Notes: generated by a model from the sequence alone, not told the origin. 64,000 nucleotides of DNA from Alphaproteobacteria bacterium (GCA_964291215.2 OZ219791.1:1376001-1440000); one strand, 5' to 3'; counted from the first letter of the stretch, positions 10,334 to 22,287 are shown. A program made the numbers and translations.

Positions 10334-11677
10334 ATGAGGGCAGGAATCGTCGGCGGATTGCAGATCCTTGCGCTGGTGCTTGCGGCGGCTGGTGCCGCCC
10401 AGGCGGGCGTGTTCTTTCCCAAGACATTCACCCTCGACAACGGCCTCCGGGTAGTCGTCATCGAGAACCGCCGCGCGCCTGTCGTCGTCCAGCACGTCTG
10501 GTACCGTGTCGGCGCCGCCGACGAGGCGCCGGACGAGGGAGGACTCGCGCACTTTGTCGAGCACCTGATGTTCAAGGGCACCGGGACGAGGAAGCCGGGC
10601 GAGTTCTCGCGCATCATCGAACGCATCGGCGCCGTGGACAACGCCTTCACCTCCTACGACTACACCGCCTATTTCCAGCGCGTTGCGGCGCACGGGCTCG
10701 AGACCGTCATGCGCCTTGAGGCGGACCGCATGCACAACCTCGTGCTGACAGACGACATCGTGCTGCCCGAGCGCGGGGTGATCGAGGAAGAGCGGCTCAT
10801 GCGCACCGACAACCGCCCGTCGGCCCGGCTTGGCGAGCAGATGCGCCGCGCGCTGTTTCTCAATCATCCCTACGGGCGCCCGCTGATCGGCTGGCCTGAT
10901 GACATCCGCCAGCTGAACACCGCCGGGGCACGCGCATTCTACAGGCGCCACTACGCGCCGAACAACGCGATTCTGATCGTTGCCGGGGACGTTTCGGCGG
11001 ATCGGGTCCGCGAGCTGGCCCGCAAGCATTATGGACCGGTTCCGCGCCGCGCTGTCCCGCTGCGGACGCGCGCTGCAGAGCCGCCCCACCATGCCGCGCG
11101 GCGCGTCATCCTGAAAAGTCTGCGCCAGCGCGTTCCGTCCTGGTTACGGTACTATCTCGCTCCCAGTTTCACGGCTGACGGGGACGGTCACGCCTACGCG
11201 CTCAAGGTGCTGGCGGAAGTGCTGGGCGGCGGGACCACGAGCCGCCTCTACCGCCGGCTGGTCGTCGAGCTCGGCATCGTCACCGGTGCCGGCGCCTGGT
11301 ACAGCGGCGGCGGCCTCGATCACGGCATCTTCGGCGTTCGTGCCGGCCTGAAACCCGGCGCCGATGTTGCATCGGTCGAGGCTGTCTTCGACAGGGAGCT
11401 CGAAACGGCGTTGCGCGACGGATTCGACGACGCGGATGTCGCGCGCGCCAAGAAGGGCCTGGTGGCTGCGGCAGTCTATGCCCGCGACGGGATTGGCGCG
11501 GGCGCGTACGCATTCGGACAGGCGTTCACTCAGGGCCGCACCGTCGAGGATGTCGAAGCGTGGCCCGAGCGCATCGCTGCGGTGACACCGGAGCAGGCCC
11601 TGGCTGCCGCAAAGAGCGTGCTCGACAGGCGCCGGTCGGTTACCGGTGTCCTGCTCCCTGAGGGGCGTGGCTCGTGA
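10334..11677 (+). CDS. M16 (pitrilysin) family zinc peptidase, catalytic subunit
   Basis: HxxEH motif (GLAHFVEHLMFKGT), NAFTSYDYTAY, HPYGRP, YAPNNAIL. Confidence 0.95.
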   Translation: MRAGIVGGLQILALVLAAAGAAQAGVFFPKTFTLDNGLRVVVIENRRAPVVVQHVWYRVGAADEAPDEGGLAHFVEHLMFKGTGTRKPGEFSRIIERIGAVDNAFTSYDYTAYFQRVAAHGLETVMRLEADRMHNLVLTDDIVLPERGVIEEERLMRTDNRPSARLGEQMRRALFLNHPYGRPLIGWPDDIRQLNTAGARAFYRRHYAPNNAILIVAGDVSADRVRELARKHYGPVPRRAVPLRTRAAEPPHHAARRVILKSLRQRVPSWLRYYLAPSFTADGDGHAYALKVLAEVLGGGTTSRLYRRLVVELGIVTGAGAWYSGGGLDHGIFGVRAGLKPGADVASVEAVFDRELETALRDGFDDADVARAKKGLVAAAVYARDGIGAGAYAFGQAFTQGRTVEDVEAWPERIAAVTPEQALAAAKSVLDRRRSVTGVLLPEGRGS

Positions 11678-13002
11678 TGCGCTGCTTCCTCGCGGCGGGC
11701 ATCGCGGTTCTCTTCCCTGTCCTGGCGTGTGCGCCCGGGCGCGCCGTGAACATCGAGAGGGTGGTGTCGGACAAGGGCGTCACCGCCTGGTTCGTTCGTG
11801 ACCATTCGGTACCCCTGGTTGCGCTGAATTTCGCCTTTCGCCGGTCAGGCACATCCACCGATCCCGACGGCCGGGGCGGCCTGGCGCGCATGGTCTCGGG
11901 CCTTCTCGACGAAGGTGCGGGCGACATGGAGTCCCAGACCTTCCAGCGTTCCGTCGAGGAGATCGCGGCGCGCATGGGGTTTTCCGCCGGGCGGGACGAG
12001 TTCGGCGGACGTCTGCAGACGCTCAGCGCCGAACGCGACCGCGCCTTCGAACTGTTGCGCCTCGCCGTAACCGCACCGCGTTTCGATGCCGAATCGGTCG
12101 CGCGGGTGCGCCGCCAGATGCTCGCCGCGATCCGGAGAGGAGCCGAAAACCCGAGAAGAATCGGTGCCAGGCTGTGGCGCGAGACCCTCTTTCCCGGCCA
12201 CCCCTACGGCCGGCCCGGTTCGGGAACCGCGGAGAGCGTGGCGGCGATCACGGCCGCCGATCTCCGGGAATTCGTCCGCGTTCGTTTCACCCGCGACCGC
12301 CTTGTGGTCGGCGTCGTCGGCGATATCTCGCGGAACGAGCTCCGCGAGCGTCTTGACCGGGTGTTTGGCGATCTCCCGGATGCTGCGCCGCGGTTCTTTG
12401 GAATCGTCCGCACGGCGGCTGCGGGCGCGGGCCGGACCCGGGTGGCCAGGAAGCCAAACCCGCAAAGCATCATGCTGGTCGGGCATCAGGGAATCGGGCG
12501 CGACGACCCCGACTGGTACGCGGCCGCGCTCGTCACTCATGTGCTCGGCGGCGGCCAGGCGTCGCGGCTTTACGGGGAAGTGCGGGAGCGGCGCGGCCTC
12601 GCCTATTCGGTGTCGGCGCGGCTTTCCGCTTCCGATGGCGCTGCGCTGGTGTCGGTACAGCTGTCGACGCGGAATGCGCGGGCCGGCGAATCCCTGGAGA
12701 TCGTGCGATCCGAATGGCGGCGAATAGCCGAGCACGGCATCACCGAGGAGGAGCTTCGCGACGCCAAGAGCTACGTCCAGGGCTCATTCCCGCTGCGGCT
12801 CGATTCCGGGCGCCGGATAGCCGGAATGCTGGTCGGCCTCCAGCTCGCGCGCCTCGGCATCGACTATATCGGACGGCGCGCAGACCTGTTCGAGGGCGTC
12901 ACGCTGAATGACGCCAACCGGGTTGCCCGGAAGCTGTTCCGAGCGCGCGATCTGACGGTCGTCGTGGTCGGTGATCCGGCGGGCGTCGCCGAGGCGCGGT
13001 AG
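11674..13002 (+). CDS. M16 family peptidase, non-catalytic subunit
   Basis: Signal peptide, LLDEGAG, HPYGRP, EVRERRGLAYSV; lacks HxxEH. Confidence 0.92.
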   Translation: MMRCFLAAGIAVLFPVLACAPGRAVNIERVVSDKGVTAWFVRDHSVPLVALNFAFRRSGTSTDPDGRGGLARMVSGLLDEGAGDMESQTFQRSVEEIAARMGFSAGRDEFGGRLQTLSAERDRAFELLRLAVTAPRFDAESVARVRRQMLAAIRRGAENPRRIGARLWRETLFPGHPYGRPGSGTAESVAAITAADLREFVRVRFTRDRLVVGVVGDISRNELRERLDRVFGDLPDAAPRFFGIVRTAAAGAGRTRVARKPNPQSIMLVGHQGIGRDDPDWYAAALVTHVLGGGQASRLYGEVRERRGLAYSVSARLSASDGAALVSVQLSTRNARAGESLEIVRSEWRRIAEHGITEEELRDAKSYVQGSFPLRLDSGRRIAGMLVGLQLARLGIDYIGRRADLFEGVTLNDANRVARKLFRARDLTVVVVGDPAGVAEAR

Positions 13003-13094
13003 CGCGGCGCCGGAGCACGGCCGCCCTCCGCCCGTCTTCGCCGATTCGGCGTCCGCGCGGGCATTTGCCGCTATATTGCATGCGGGAAACCGGC

Positions 13095-14414
13095 ATGACC
13101 GAATTCTATTTCCAGGAAGTTTCCGGATGTCTGGCGCCGATGGCCGGCGAAGGCGGGCTGAGCAAGCCTGCCTACCGGGATTGTCTTGCGGCGACCGCGG
13201 CTTCCCTCGACCGGCTGCGCGCCGCTCACAAGGACGGCAGCCTGCCGCTGCTGCGCCTTCCCGAACGCCGTGACGATCTCGGCGAGCTTCGCAAGACGGC
13301 GGATCGGTACCGGCGGCAATTCCGGGACGTGATCGTGCTCGGCACCGGCGGCTCGTCCCTGGGCGGGCGGGCTCTCCATGCGCTCGCCCGGTCCGGTGCC
13401 GGGGATGGGTCTGGCGGCCCCGCGCTCCATTTTCTGGAAAATATCGACCCCCTGACCTACGGCACGCTGGCTGACGCGCTGCTGTCCCCGTCGAGGGCCG
13501 AAACCACCGGCGTAATCTCCATTTCCAAGTCCGGTTCGACCGCGGAGACCATGCTCCAGACCGCGCTGGTCGTCGACAGGCTGCGCGCCGCCGTCGGGAA
13601 GGAGCGAATCCGCGATCATCTGGTCGTGATCACGGAGCCCGGACAGAGTTCGCTGGCAATCCTGGCCGATCGGTTCGGGGTTCGCCGCATCGATCACGAT
13701 CCCGATGTCGGCGGACGGTTCGCCGTGCTTTCCGGTGTCGGCCTTCTGCCCGCGATCATCGCCGGGCTGGATGCGGAGCTGATCCGGAAGGGGGCGGAAT
13801 GGGTCCTGGCGCCGGTTCTGGCCGGCAGCGACCTGGAGGCCGTTCCGCCGGCGGTCGGCGCCGCGGTGGCTGTCGGGCTTGCCCGCCGCCGTGGCGTGTC
13901 GGCGTCGGTCATGATGCCCTATTGCGACCGGCTGTCCCTGTTCTCACGTTGGTACGGTCAGCTCTGGGCCGAGAGCCTGGGCAAGGACGGCTGCGGCACG
14001 GCGCCGATCGCGGCGCTCGGCGCCGTCGACCAGCACAGCCAGCTCCAGCTCTATCTCGACGGTCCCGCGGACAAGATGTATTCGCTGATTTTGACCGGGT
14101 GCCAGGGCCTTGGCGACCCGATCGCCGATGATCTGGCGGCCATTGAGGGATTGTCCTATCTCAAGGACAAGACCCTGGGTGATCTCATGGACGCTGAAGG
14201 CCGGGCGACGGCGGCAACGCTGATTCGCCGCGAGCGCCCGACCCGCGTATTGCGGCTCGACCGGGTCGACGAAGGGGTGGTCGGGGCCCTGATGATGCAT
14301 TTCATGCTCGAGACCATCATCGCCGCCGACCTCCTCGCCGTGAACGCCTTCGATCAGCCGGCCGTCGAGGACGGCAAGCGGCTGGCGCGCCAGTTGCTGG
14401 TGGAGGAGATATGA
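13095..14414 (+). CDS. pgi: Glucose-6-phosphate isomerase
   Basis: [55 protein letters not shown]. Confidence 0.95.
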   Translation: MTEFYFQEVSGCLAPMAGEGGLSKPAYRDCLAATAASLDRLRAAHKDGSLPLLRLPERRDDLGELRKTADRYRRQFRDVIVLGTGGSSLGGRALHALARSGAGDGSGGPALHFLENIDPLTYGTLADALLSPSRAETTGVISISKSGSTAETMLQTALVVDRLRAAVGKERIRDHLVVITEPGQSSLAILADRFGVRRIDHDPDVGGRFAVLSGVGLLPAIIAGLDAELIRKGAEWVLAPVLAGSDLEAVPPAVGAAVAVGLARRRGVSASVMMPYCDRLSLFSRWYGQLWAESLGKDGCGTAPIAALGAVDQHSQLQLYLDGPADKMYSLILTGCQGLGDPIADDLAAIEGLSYLKDKTLGDLMDAEGRATAATLIRRERPTRVLRLDRVDEGVVGALMMHFMLETIIAADLLAVNAFDQPAVEDGKRLARQLLVEEI

Positions 14415-16210
14415 CGATACGCCTGCTGCCGGAGACGCTGGTCAATCGCATAGCTGCGGGCGAGGTAATCGAACGGCCGTCCGCGGCGGTGAAGGAACTC
14501 GTCGAAAACGCGATCGATGCCGGGGCCCGGCATGTCGACACTATGCTCGAGGATGGTGGCCGGGCTATGATCTCGGTGACCGATGACGGGCGCGGCATGA
14601 CGGCCGACGAGCTCGCGCTTGCGGTCGAGCGCCATGCGACGTCGAAGCTCCCGGGCGAGGATCTGGTCAACATCGCCACGTTGGGGTTTCGCGGAGAGGC
14701 GCTGCCGTCGATCGGCGCGGTCTCGTGGCTTCGCATCATCAGCCGGGTGGACGGCGCGGCGGACGGGTTCTCGATCGAGATCTATGCCGGCCGCAAGAGA
14801 AAGGTTATGCCTGCCGCGCTGCGTGGCGGCACACGGGTCGAGGTGCGCGACCTCTTCCACGCGACGCCGGCCCGTCTCAAGTTCCTGAAGGCCGCCCGTA
14901 CCGAACTGAACCATGCCGCCGATGCGGTGAAGCGCCTGGCGATGGCGCATCCCGGGGTGGCGTTCTCGCTCGCCGATGGAGAGCGCAACAGGTTTAGCTA
15001 CGGCCCGGCGCACGGCGATCTGCTGACGGCGCGGCTCGATCGGCTGTCCGCCGTGATGGGGCGCGAGTTCGGAGAGAATTCGGAAGCCGTCGATATCGAG
15101 CGCGAGGGAATCCGGCTGACCGGTTTCGCCGGGCTTCCCACCCTCAGCCGCGGCAGCGCGCAGGCCCAGTATCTGTTCGTCAACGGCCGCCCGGTCCGCG
15201 ATCGCCTGTTGCTCGGTGCGGTGCGGGGGGCCTATCAGGACTTCCTCGCGCGCGACCGCCACCCGATGGTCGCGCTGTTCCTTGAAATCGGCCCGGACGC
15301 CGTGGACGTCAATGTCCATCCGGCCAAGGCCGAGGTGCGGTTCCGGGATGCCGGGCTTGTGCGCGGGCTGATCGTGAGCGGGTTGCGCCACGCCCTGGAG
15401 GCGACCGGGCATCGCGCCTCGACCACGGTGGCAAGTGCTGCGATCGACGCCTTCCGGCCGGAATTTGGCGCCGGCCGCCAATGGATGCGCACACGGGGGC
15501 GGTCGGCCGCGAAGGGGCGGAACGGAGCCGGAGCGCCGGAACCGCCACAGACCCCGGCGATGGCGGGCCTTGATGCGCCGTCGGTATCAGTTGCGCGTGA
15601 CGAGCCCGAGGGTGCCGGCGCGAAGGAGGGTTTTCCGCTCGGCGCAGCGCGGGCGCAGCTGCACGGGACGTATATTGTTGCCCAGACCGCTACTGGCATC
15701 GTCATCGTCGACCAGCATGCCGCTCACGAACGTTTGGTTTATGAGCGCATGAAGGCGCTGCTCGACGCGGAGGGCGTGGAGAGGCAGGGGCTCCTGATTC
15801 CCGAGGTCGTGGAACTCGACGAGGCCGCGGCTGATCGCCTGTGCAGCCGGTCTGACGAGTTCGAGGAGCTCGGACTCGTCATCGAGAGATTCGGGCTGGG
15901 CGCGGTCGTCGTCCGCGAGGTGCCGGCGCTGCTCGGCGGCGGCGATGTCGGCGCGCTGGTCCGCGATCTTGCTGACGATCTCGCGGAATACGGCGACGGG
16001 TTGAGGCTTCGCGACCGCCTCGAGGACGTGTGCTCGGCCATGGCGTGCCATGGGAGCGTGCGCGCCGGACGGCGGCTGAACGCGGATGAAATGAACGCGC
16101 TGCTGCGCGAAATGGAGGCGACGCCCCATTCGGGCCAGTGCAATCATGGCCGCCCGACCTACGTGTCCCTTGAGCTTCCGGACATCGAGCGCCTGTTTGG
16201 TCGCCGTTGA
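14411..16210 (+). CDS. mutL: DNA mismatch repair endonuclease MutL
   Basis: [52 protein letters not shown]. Confidence 0.98.
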   Translation: MTIRLLPETLVNRIAAGEVIERPSAAVKELVENAIDAGARHVDTMLEDGGRAMISVTDDGRGMTADELALAVERHATSKLPGEDLVNIATLGFRGEALPSIGAVSWLRIISRVDGAADGFSIEIYAGRKRKVMPAALRGGTRVEVRDLFHATPARLKFLKAARTELNHAADAVKRLAMAHPGVAFSLADGERNRFSYGPAHGDLLTARLDRLSAVMGREFGENSEAVDIEREGIRLTGFAGLPTLSRGSAQAQYLFVNGRPVRDRLLLGAVRGAYQDFLARDRHPMVALFLEIGPDAVDVNVHPAKAEVRFRDAGLVRGLIVSGLRHALEATGHRASTTVASAAIDAFRPEFGAGRQWMRTRGRSAAKGRNGAGAPEPPQTPAMAGLDAPSVSVARDEPEGAGAKEGFPLGAARAQLHGTYIVAQTATGIVIVDQHAAHERLVYERMKALLDAEGVERQGLLIPEVVELDEAAADRLCSRSDEFEELGLVIERFGLGAVVVREVPALLGGGDVGALVRDLADDLAEYGDGLRLRDRLEDVCSAMACHGSVRAGRRLNADEMNALLREMEATPHSGQCNHGRPTYVSLELPDIERLFGRR

Positions 16211-16684
16211 GGTTATCTGCCGAAGCGCACGGACTTCCGCAGGGTGACCGATGATGAGGTCCGGGGGTCCAGAATGTTCTGAAGGTGCGTCCGAGGAAGG
16301 TGCTGCGCTACCGGACACCGGAGGATGCGTCCAGGGAGGCGCGGCCGCCCTGAACGGTCCCTTCGGCGGGGCGGAAAAGGAAATCCACGGTCGCTGTCCG
16401 TCCGGTCTCCGGGGCTGCGCTCTCCCTGCGGGAAGGGCTGGGCATCGCGTTTCGGAGTGGAACCGGGATCGGTGGCGTTACAATATGTTACCCGAACTCC
16501 GTCGGCCTGAAATACTCCAGCAACATCGGCGTGGCAGCATGAGAATTCGGACTGGGGCGGAGTGTGCGGCCATCACCTTGGCGTTTCGTCCGTCCTCGTC
16601 GAGGACGAAGCCTGTCCCGCCAGCCGCAATCTCGCTAGGGCGGAGAAGCTGCTCCGCACCGCTCGAACACTGAATGGAGAAGCC

Positions 16685-17260
16685 ATGAGCAAACGCATTC
16701 TTGCCGCTGTCCTGGGCGCGTCCGTGCTGGCGTTTTCGGCCGCGAGAGCTGGCGCCGCCGAATACCGGATCGATCCGGCCCACAGCGTCGTTCAGTTCAA
16801 GATCTCCCATCTCGGCTATTCTTGGATGATTGGTGTCTTTGACAGGATTTCCGGCAGCTTCACCTACGACCCGGTTGCGGGGCCGGGCGGACAGAAGGTC
16901 TCGGTCGAGATCGATACTGCCAGCATCGACACCGGCCATGCCGAGCGCGACAAGCATCTGCGCTCGCCAGGCTTCCTGAACGTGAGGAAGTTTCCCGAGG
17001 CGCGCTTCGTCAGCACCGACTACGAAGGCGACGCTAGGGGCGGCATGATGAAGGGGAACCTGACTCTGATGGGCATCACGAAACCCATCGCCATCGCGGT
17101 GAAGACGGTGGGCGAGGGCAACGATCGCTGGGGCGGCTACCGGGCCGGTTTCGAGGGTACGGTAACGATCAACCGGAGGGACTTCAACGCCGGGCGCAAC
17201 CTCGGCCCGGCCTCGGAATCGATGGATTTCTTCCTGTCCCTCGAAGGAATACGCCAATAG
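16685..17260 (+). CDS. yceI: YceI family polyisoprenoid-binding periplasmic protein
   Basis: Signal peptide; YRIDPAHS.VQFKISHLG, SIDTGHAERDKHLRS, GGYRAGFEG. Confidence 0.92.
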   Translation: MSKRILAAVLGASVLAFSAARAGAAEYRIDPAHSVVQFKISHLGYSWMIGVFDRISGSFTYDPVAGPGGQKVSVEIDTASIDTGHAERDKHLRSPGFLNVRKFPEARFVSTDYEGDARGGMMKGNLTLMGITKPIAIAVKTVGEGNDRWGGYRAGFEGTVTINRRDFNAGRNLGPASESMDFFLSLEGIRQ

Positions 17261-17279
17261 CGTCGGCGGAGGCTTCGCC

Positions 17280-17855
17280 ATGTGGAGGAACCGCCGGGAC
17301 AGTTACGGCTTGGTCTCCATAGGCTTTCACTGGGCGATTGCGCTTGCCATGCTCGGGCTGGTCGGGCTCGGCGCATGGATGGTGGGGCTCACCTACTACG
17401 ATCCGTGGTCCAACCGCTCGCTCGCGCTTCACAAGGCGTTCGGAATCCTGGTGCTGGTGCTTGTGGCGGCCAAGTTCGGCTGGCGGATCGTCGATCCGGG
17501 CCCTTCCTTCGGGCCGGAGGTCAAACGTTACGAACGCGTTGGCGCCACGGCGATGCACTGGCTCCTCAACGCGTTCATCCTGCTTCTGCCGGCGACGGGC
17601 TACCTGATCTCGACCTCGGAGGGGGCAGGCATTGACGTTTTCGGGCTGTTCGAGGTTCCTGCGCTTTTCGACGTGTCTGAGGGCACCCGCAACCTCGCCA
17701 TCGAGCTCCACTTCTACCTGGCCTATGGCCTCATCGCGCTCGTGGCCCTTCACGCCGGAGCGGCGCTCAAGCATTACCTGGTAGACAGGGGATCGACCTT
17801 GCGGCGCATCCTGATCCCTCGTTCCACCTCGCGCGGGACCGGTCGATCTGCCTGA
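17280..17855 (+). CDS. Cytochrome b561 (YceJ-like)
   Basis: YG.VSIGFHW, LHKAFG, MHWLL, LHAGAALKH heme-ligand pattern; paired with yceI. Confidence 0.92.
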   Translation: MWRNRRDSYGLVSIGFHWAIALAMLGLVGLGAWMVGLTYYDPWSNRSLALHKAFGILVLVLVAAKFGWRIVDPGPSFGPEVKRYERVGATAMHWLLNAFILLLPATGYLISTSEGAGIDVFGLFEVPALFDVSEGTRNLAIELHFYLAYGLIALVALHAGAALKHYLVDRGSTLRRILIPRSTSRGTGRSA

Positions 17856-18028
17856 TGCGGCTCCTGCATCCGGGCCGAAACGCGCGGGCGGTCGCCCGGT
17901 TGCCTGTTTCGTGCGGCGCTTCGATGGGACAACGCTCTGGATCCTGTCGTTTCTTCGACAACGGCGGAAATCGATGAAGTCCCGGGCAGGGACATGAAGG
18001 CCACGGCAGGGAGTATTCGAAAGGCCGA

Positions 18029-19081
18029 TCAGGACACAGCGTCAAGCGACGGATCGATCACGACCTTTCCGGTATTCTGCCGCCGCTCGACAAGTTCCTG
18101 AGCCTCCCGTGCCTGGCTCAGCGGTATAATCCGGTCGATCGGAATCGAAACCAGACCCTCCTCGGCGAGCAGCAGTGAACGCTCTACGCCTTGCGCGGCC
18201 ATGTCGGCTCCACCAAGAATCGAGAGGCGTTTGAGATACAACTGCTGTACATCCAGCGCAACAACGCCGCCGCCATGCGCGCCCGCGGTGACCAGTCTGC
18301 CGCCGCGTCCGAGGCTGTTGAACGCACCTATCCATAGTTCGGGATCGGCGATGTTCTCCACCACCACGTCGACGCCCCTGCCATCAGTCAGTTTCATCGC
18401 TTCGCCGGCGAGGTCGCGTGTCTGGTAATTGATCCCCGAAACCGCTCCCATTCCGACGGCAGCTGCAACCCTTTGTTCGGATCCCGCAGCTGCGATGACC
18501 ATCGCACCCATGTGGCGGGCCAGCTGGACCGTCGCGCTGCCCAGGCCCCCCGCAGCGCCCATTACCAGGACCCATTCCCCGTGTTGCAGACGTGCCAGAT
18601 CTTCCAGAAGATACATGGCGACAGGAAGGTGACGCGCGGTCACGGTGGCTTCTCCATAGCCCAGCCCTTCCGGAATCAAATAGGTGTTGCGGGCGGGCAC
18701 CGCGACACGTTCTGCATAGCCGCCCCAGCAGTCGACGCCGAGCATCCTGTTGTCGCGGCACGCGCGCCAATTGTCTTCGAGGCATGCGGAGCACTGACTG
18801 CATCCGAGAATGAAGTCTGCCCAGACCCGGTGTCCGGTCCTGCGGCCCTCGACCGCAGCGCCCACGGCAACTATGACCCCGGCCGGGTCCACGCCTGGAA
18901 CATGGGGAAAGTGGATCGCTCGGGGATAACGGCCTTCGCGGGTCGCGATGTCGAGCGTGGGGTTGACGGACACGGCATGGACCTCGATCACGACTTCGTC
19001 GGGCGCCGGAACCGGCTCGGGAACTTCTTCGAGAGCAAGTACCTCGGGTCCGCCGTGGGTTCTGATCACGATCGCCTTCAC
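18029..19081 (-). CDS. Zinc-binding medium-chain dehydrogenase / quinone oxidoreductase family
   Basis: GTG start with GGAGG RBS; HGGPEVL, CSQCSAC..C structural Zn lobe, GAAGGLG, GRGVDVVVE, GKVVI. Confidence 0.88.
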   Translation of the reverse strand: MKAIVIRTHGGPEVLALEEVPEPVPAPDEVVIEVHAVSVNPTLDIATREGRYPRAIHFPHVPGVDPAGVIVAVGAAVEGRRTGHRVWADFILGCSQCSACLEDNWRACRDNRMLGVDCWGGYAERVAVPARNTYLIPEGLGYGEATVTARHLPVAMYLLEDLARLQHGEWVLVMGAAGGLGSATVQLARHMGAMVIAAAGSEQRVAAAVGMGAVSGINYQTRDLAGEAMKLTDGRGVDVVVENIADPELWIGAFNSLGRGGRLVTAGAHGGGVVALDVQQLYLKRLSILGGADMAAQGVERSLLLAEEGLVSIPIDRIIPLSQAREAQELVERRQNTGKVVIDPSLDAVS

Positions 19082-19234
19082 GTTGTTCCTCCTCCTGCCC
19101 GCGGGTTCAGAGCGAAATTTCGCGCGAGGCAGGCGCTCCGGTTCCATGGCTGGCAGCGCAGATAATCTGGCGCACCTGCGAGCCAGCCACTAGAGTAGAC
19201 TATGAACCTGCAACTGTCGTCGGAAGGAACTGTC

Positions 19235-20296
19235 ATGAAGAGCTTTTTGTGTCTGCTGCCGATGGCCGCCGCCGCCGTCCTGTCCTCGTCCGCGCTGGCC
19301 AAATCCGTCAAGATCACGGTCGCCGCGGCTCCGCCCGAAGCGGTCACCTTCGTCGGCACGTTCAAGAACATCGTTGCGAAGCGGATCAATGAACGCCTCG
19401 CCGAGGAAGCCGGCGGGTTCCAGATCGAATGGAACCACGCCTATGCTCAGTCCCTGGCGAAGTTCAACGAGGTTTTCGAAACCGTCGAAGAGGGTATCGC
19501 CGGAGTTGGGCTTGTCCTGAAGAACTTTGAGCCGTCCAATCTGCCGCTTGAGGCCTACACGGTTCATGCGCCGTTTGTCTCAACCACGCGTCTCCAACTC
19601 GTCCAGATCGACGGGAACCTGCGCAAGAAGATCCCGGAACTGAATGCCGCCTACGAGGAGCATGATCAGGTGTTCATTCAGAGTGGAATCAACGATTCCA
19701 TGCAACTGTTCACCAAGTTCCCCGTCACCAAGTTTGAAGACCTGAAGGGCCGGAAAATGGGATCGAGCGGGACCTTTGCGCAATGGTTGCGTGGAACAGG
19801 GGCGGTGACTGTCAACTCCTCCATGAACCAGTCCTACACCAACATCAAGAACGGCGTCTACGAAGGATACCCCATTTCCACGATCCTGAGCTTTGTATAC
19901 AAGACATGGTCCGCCGCACCCTATTTCACCCGTGTTGACTTCGGGCCGACGGTCACGTCGGGGATCACCTTCAATGCTGGCGTCTGGAAGGGCCTGCCGG
20001 AGAAGGTGCAGCAGATCATACGCGAAGAGGCTGCAAAGTGGCCGGGCTATCAGGAAAAGGTGGACAACGGCAAGCGGGCCAAGTTCGAAGGCATCATGAG
20101 GAAACAGGGTGTCAAGTTTAGTGTCCTGCCTGAAACCGAACGCAGCAAATGGGCCATGGCCATGCCGAATATTGCGAGGGAATGGGCCGAACGGCTCGAA
20201 AAGCGCGGACTTCCTGCCACCAGGCTCATGGCGGCCTACATGGCTGAATTGCAGGCCGCCAACGTCCGGGTCGCCAGGAACTGGATTCGGGAGTAG
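19235..20296 (+). CDS. TRAP transporter solute-binding protein (DctP family)
   Basis: Signal peptide, EDLKGRKM, WKGLPEKVQQI; upstream of DctQM. Confidence 0.88.
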   Translation: MKSFLCLLPMAAAAVLSSSALAKSVKITVAAAPPEAVTFVGTFKNIVAKRINERLAEEAGGFQIEWNHAYAQSLAKFNEVFETVEEGIAGVGLVLKNFEPSNLPLEAYTVHAPFVSTTRLQLVQIDGNLRKKIPELNAAYEEHDQVFIQSGINDSMQLFTKFPVTKFEDLKGRKMGSSGTFAQWLRGTGAVTVNSSMNQSYTNIKNGVYEGYPISTILSFVYKTWSAAPYFTRVDFGPTVTSGITFNAGVWKGLPEKVQQIIREEAAKWPGYQEKVDNGKRAKFEGIMRKQGVKFSVLPETERSKWAMAMPNIAREWAERLEKRGLPATRLMAAYMAELQAANVRVARNWIRE

Positions 20297-20327
20297 CCCG
20301 GCAATCAACTGAGCGGGCAGCGCTGCG

Positions 20328-22259
20328 GTGAACGGCCAGCGGCACGCGTTCGTGGCGCGCCAGTTCGATGTACTGGTTTCGCTTTTCAACGGGGGCGGGA
20401 GTGTTTGGATCTTCTGCCTCATGGCCATTCTGTGTGCCGATGTCCTGGCTCGCTGGCTGTTCAACGCCCCGATCAACGGCGTCCCGCTTCTTGTCGAACT
20501 GTCCATTCTGATGATCGTGTTCATGCAGCTTCCGGCTGCCATTCGAAGCAACCGGCTGACACGGTCCGATATTCTCCTGTCACGGCTCTTGCGCGACCGG
20601 CCATCCGTCGGGTTGTCGCTCAGCGCCGCCTATGATGCTCTGGGCGTGGGGCTGATGGTCATCGTGTTCCACTATACCCTGCCCATTTTTGCCAAGGTCT
20701 GGCGGCGCAATACCTTTGAAGGGCTTGAGGGGGATTTCGCCCTACCTGGATGGCCCTTCAAGCTGTTGATCCTGATCGGTTCGGCCATGTGCGCGGTGCA
20801 GTTTGGCCGTTCGCTATTGCGCAGCTTGCGGCAACTGGTAAATCGTCGGGACGAGAAGGCCTTGGAAGCTGCGCGGTTGGTGAGTCTCGGAGCGCTGCTT
20901 CTGGCCGCCGCCGCCGCTTTGTTCGTTCTGGCCCGTGTGACGGATATCGGTGCTGCAGGTGTCGGCGTCATCTCCATCTTTCTGGTTCTTCTTTTCGTGT
21001 ATGCGGGCACCCATGTGGGTGTGGCGCTGGCGCTGATTTCGTTTGCCTGTCTTTGGGTGGTCAGGGACGATCCCGTGATTGCCGGCAAACTGCTCGCGCT
21101 GTCTGTTGGAGAAAGCATGCAGGAGTACGAGTTCGGCGTGATCCCGCTATTCGTATTCATGGGCTTGCTCGTCAGCGTGTCCGGAATCGGCACGGACACC
21201 TACGATGTCGCCAATCATCTGTTCCGGAAAGTGAGAGGGGGTCTTGGGACGGCGACGGTGGGAGCGAACGCCGTCTTTGCCGCCGTTACGGGAACCAGCA
21301 TTGCGTCTGCGTCGGTGTTTACCCGGGTTGCGGTGCCGGAAATGCTCCGCCTCGGTTATCGTCCGCGGTTTTCGGTGGGCGTGGTTGCCGGCAGTTCCGT
21401 ACTCGGAATGCTCATCCCGCCCAGCCTGTTGCTGATCATCTTCGGCATCCTCGCCGAGCAGTCCATCGGAGATCTGTTCATTGCCGGGATCATTCCCGGC
21501 TTGGTGCTGACCCTGGCCTACTTCGTGCTGATCTGGATCATGGCACACCGGTTCCCTGGCAAGGTCGCGACGCTGGCGGCCCTGAGCGCGGAACGGGAGT
21601 CCTTGATGAGTGTCCGGGCGCTGATCGTGAAAAGCGCCCCTATCGTTCTCCTGATCGCCCTCGTTCTTGGCGGCATCTACGGTGGCGTGTTCACGGCTAC
21701 CGAGGCAGGTGGAATGGGGGCGCTGGGCGCCTTGTGCCTCGCCCTTTTCAAGCGGAAGCTGAATCGCCGGAACTTGTGGGAAGCTCTTTCGGAAACGGGG
21801 CACGTCACGGCTTCCATCAGTTTCCTCCTCGTTTCGGCCCATATCTATTCCCGTATGATCGCCCTGACCGGGATCCCGAATCTCATGGAAGCCTGGGTCG
21901 AATCTTCGGGTCTGGGGCTGGCCGGGTTGTTGGCGATATACATCGCGGCCATCATTCTCATGGGAACGATTCTAGATGCCGGTTCGATCATGCTGATCAC
22001 GGTTCCGCTCGCAATTCCGGTACTCGCGCCCTTCGGTGTCGATTTGATCTGGTTCGGGATCGTGACCATCATTGCGGTCGAGATCGGTTTGCTCACGCCG
22101 CCGCTCGGTCTTGCCTGTTTCGTCATTCACAACAACCTCGCGGACGACAGGATTCGCATCGAGGATGTATTCTGGGGCGCCGTGCCATTCGCCATCACCA
22201 TGTTTGTCGTCCTGATGCTGGTGGTCTTCGTCCCTGAGCTTGCAACGACCCTGGTCTGA
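20328..22259 (+). CDS. TRAP transporter fused DctQ-DctM permease
   Basis: N-terminal DctQ (DVLARWLFNAPING) fused to DctM (IPLFVFMG, LGMLIPPS, FTATEAG, EIGLLTPPLG). Confidence 0.92.
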   Translation: MNGQRHAFVARQFDVLVSLFNGGGSVWIFCLMAILCADVLARWLFNAPINGVPLLVELSILMIVFMQLPAAIRSNRLTRSDILLSRLLRDRPSVGLSLSAAYDALGVGLMVIVFHYTLPIFAKVWRRNTFEGLEGDFALPGWPFKLLILIGSAMCAVQFGRSLLRSLRQLVNRRDEKALEAARLVSLGALLLAAAAALFVLARVTDIGAAGVGVISIFLVLLFVYAGTHVGVALALISFACLWVVRDDPVIAGKLLALSVGESMQEYEFGVIPLFVFMGLLVSVSGIGTDTYDVANHLFRKVRGGLGTATVGANAVFAAVTGTSIASASVFTRVAVPEMLRLGYRPRFSVGVVAGSSVLGMLIPPSLLLIIFGILAEQSIGDLFIAGIIPGLVLTLAYFVLIWIMAHRFPGKVATLAALSAERESLMSVRALIVKSAPIVLLIALVLGGIYGGVFTATEAGGMGALGALCLALFKRKLNRRNLWEALSETGHVTASISFLLVSAHIYSRMIALTGIPNLMEAWVESSGLGLAGLLAIYIAAIILMGTILDAGSIMLITVPLAIPVLAPFGVDLIWFGIVTIIAVEIGLLTPPLGLACFVIHNNLADDRIRIEDVFWGAVPFAITMFVVLMLVVFVPELATTLV

Positions 22260-22287
22260 TTCCGGCGCGTTCCGGGAGGAGAAACCC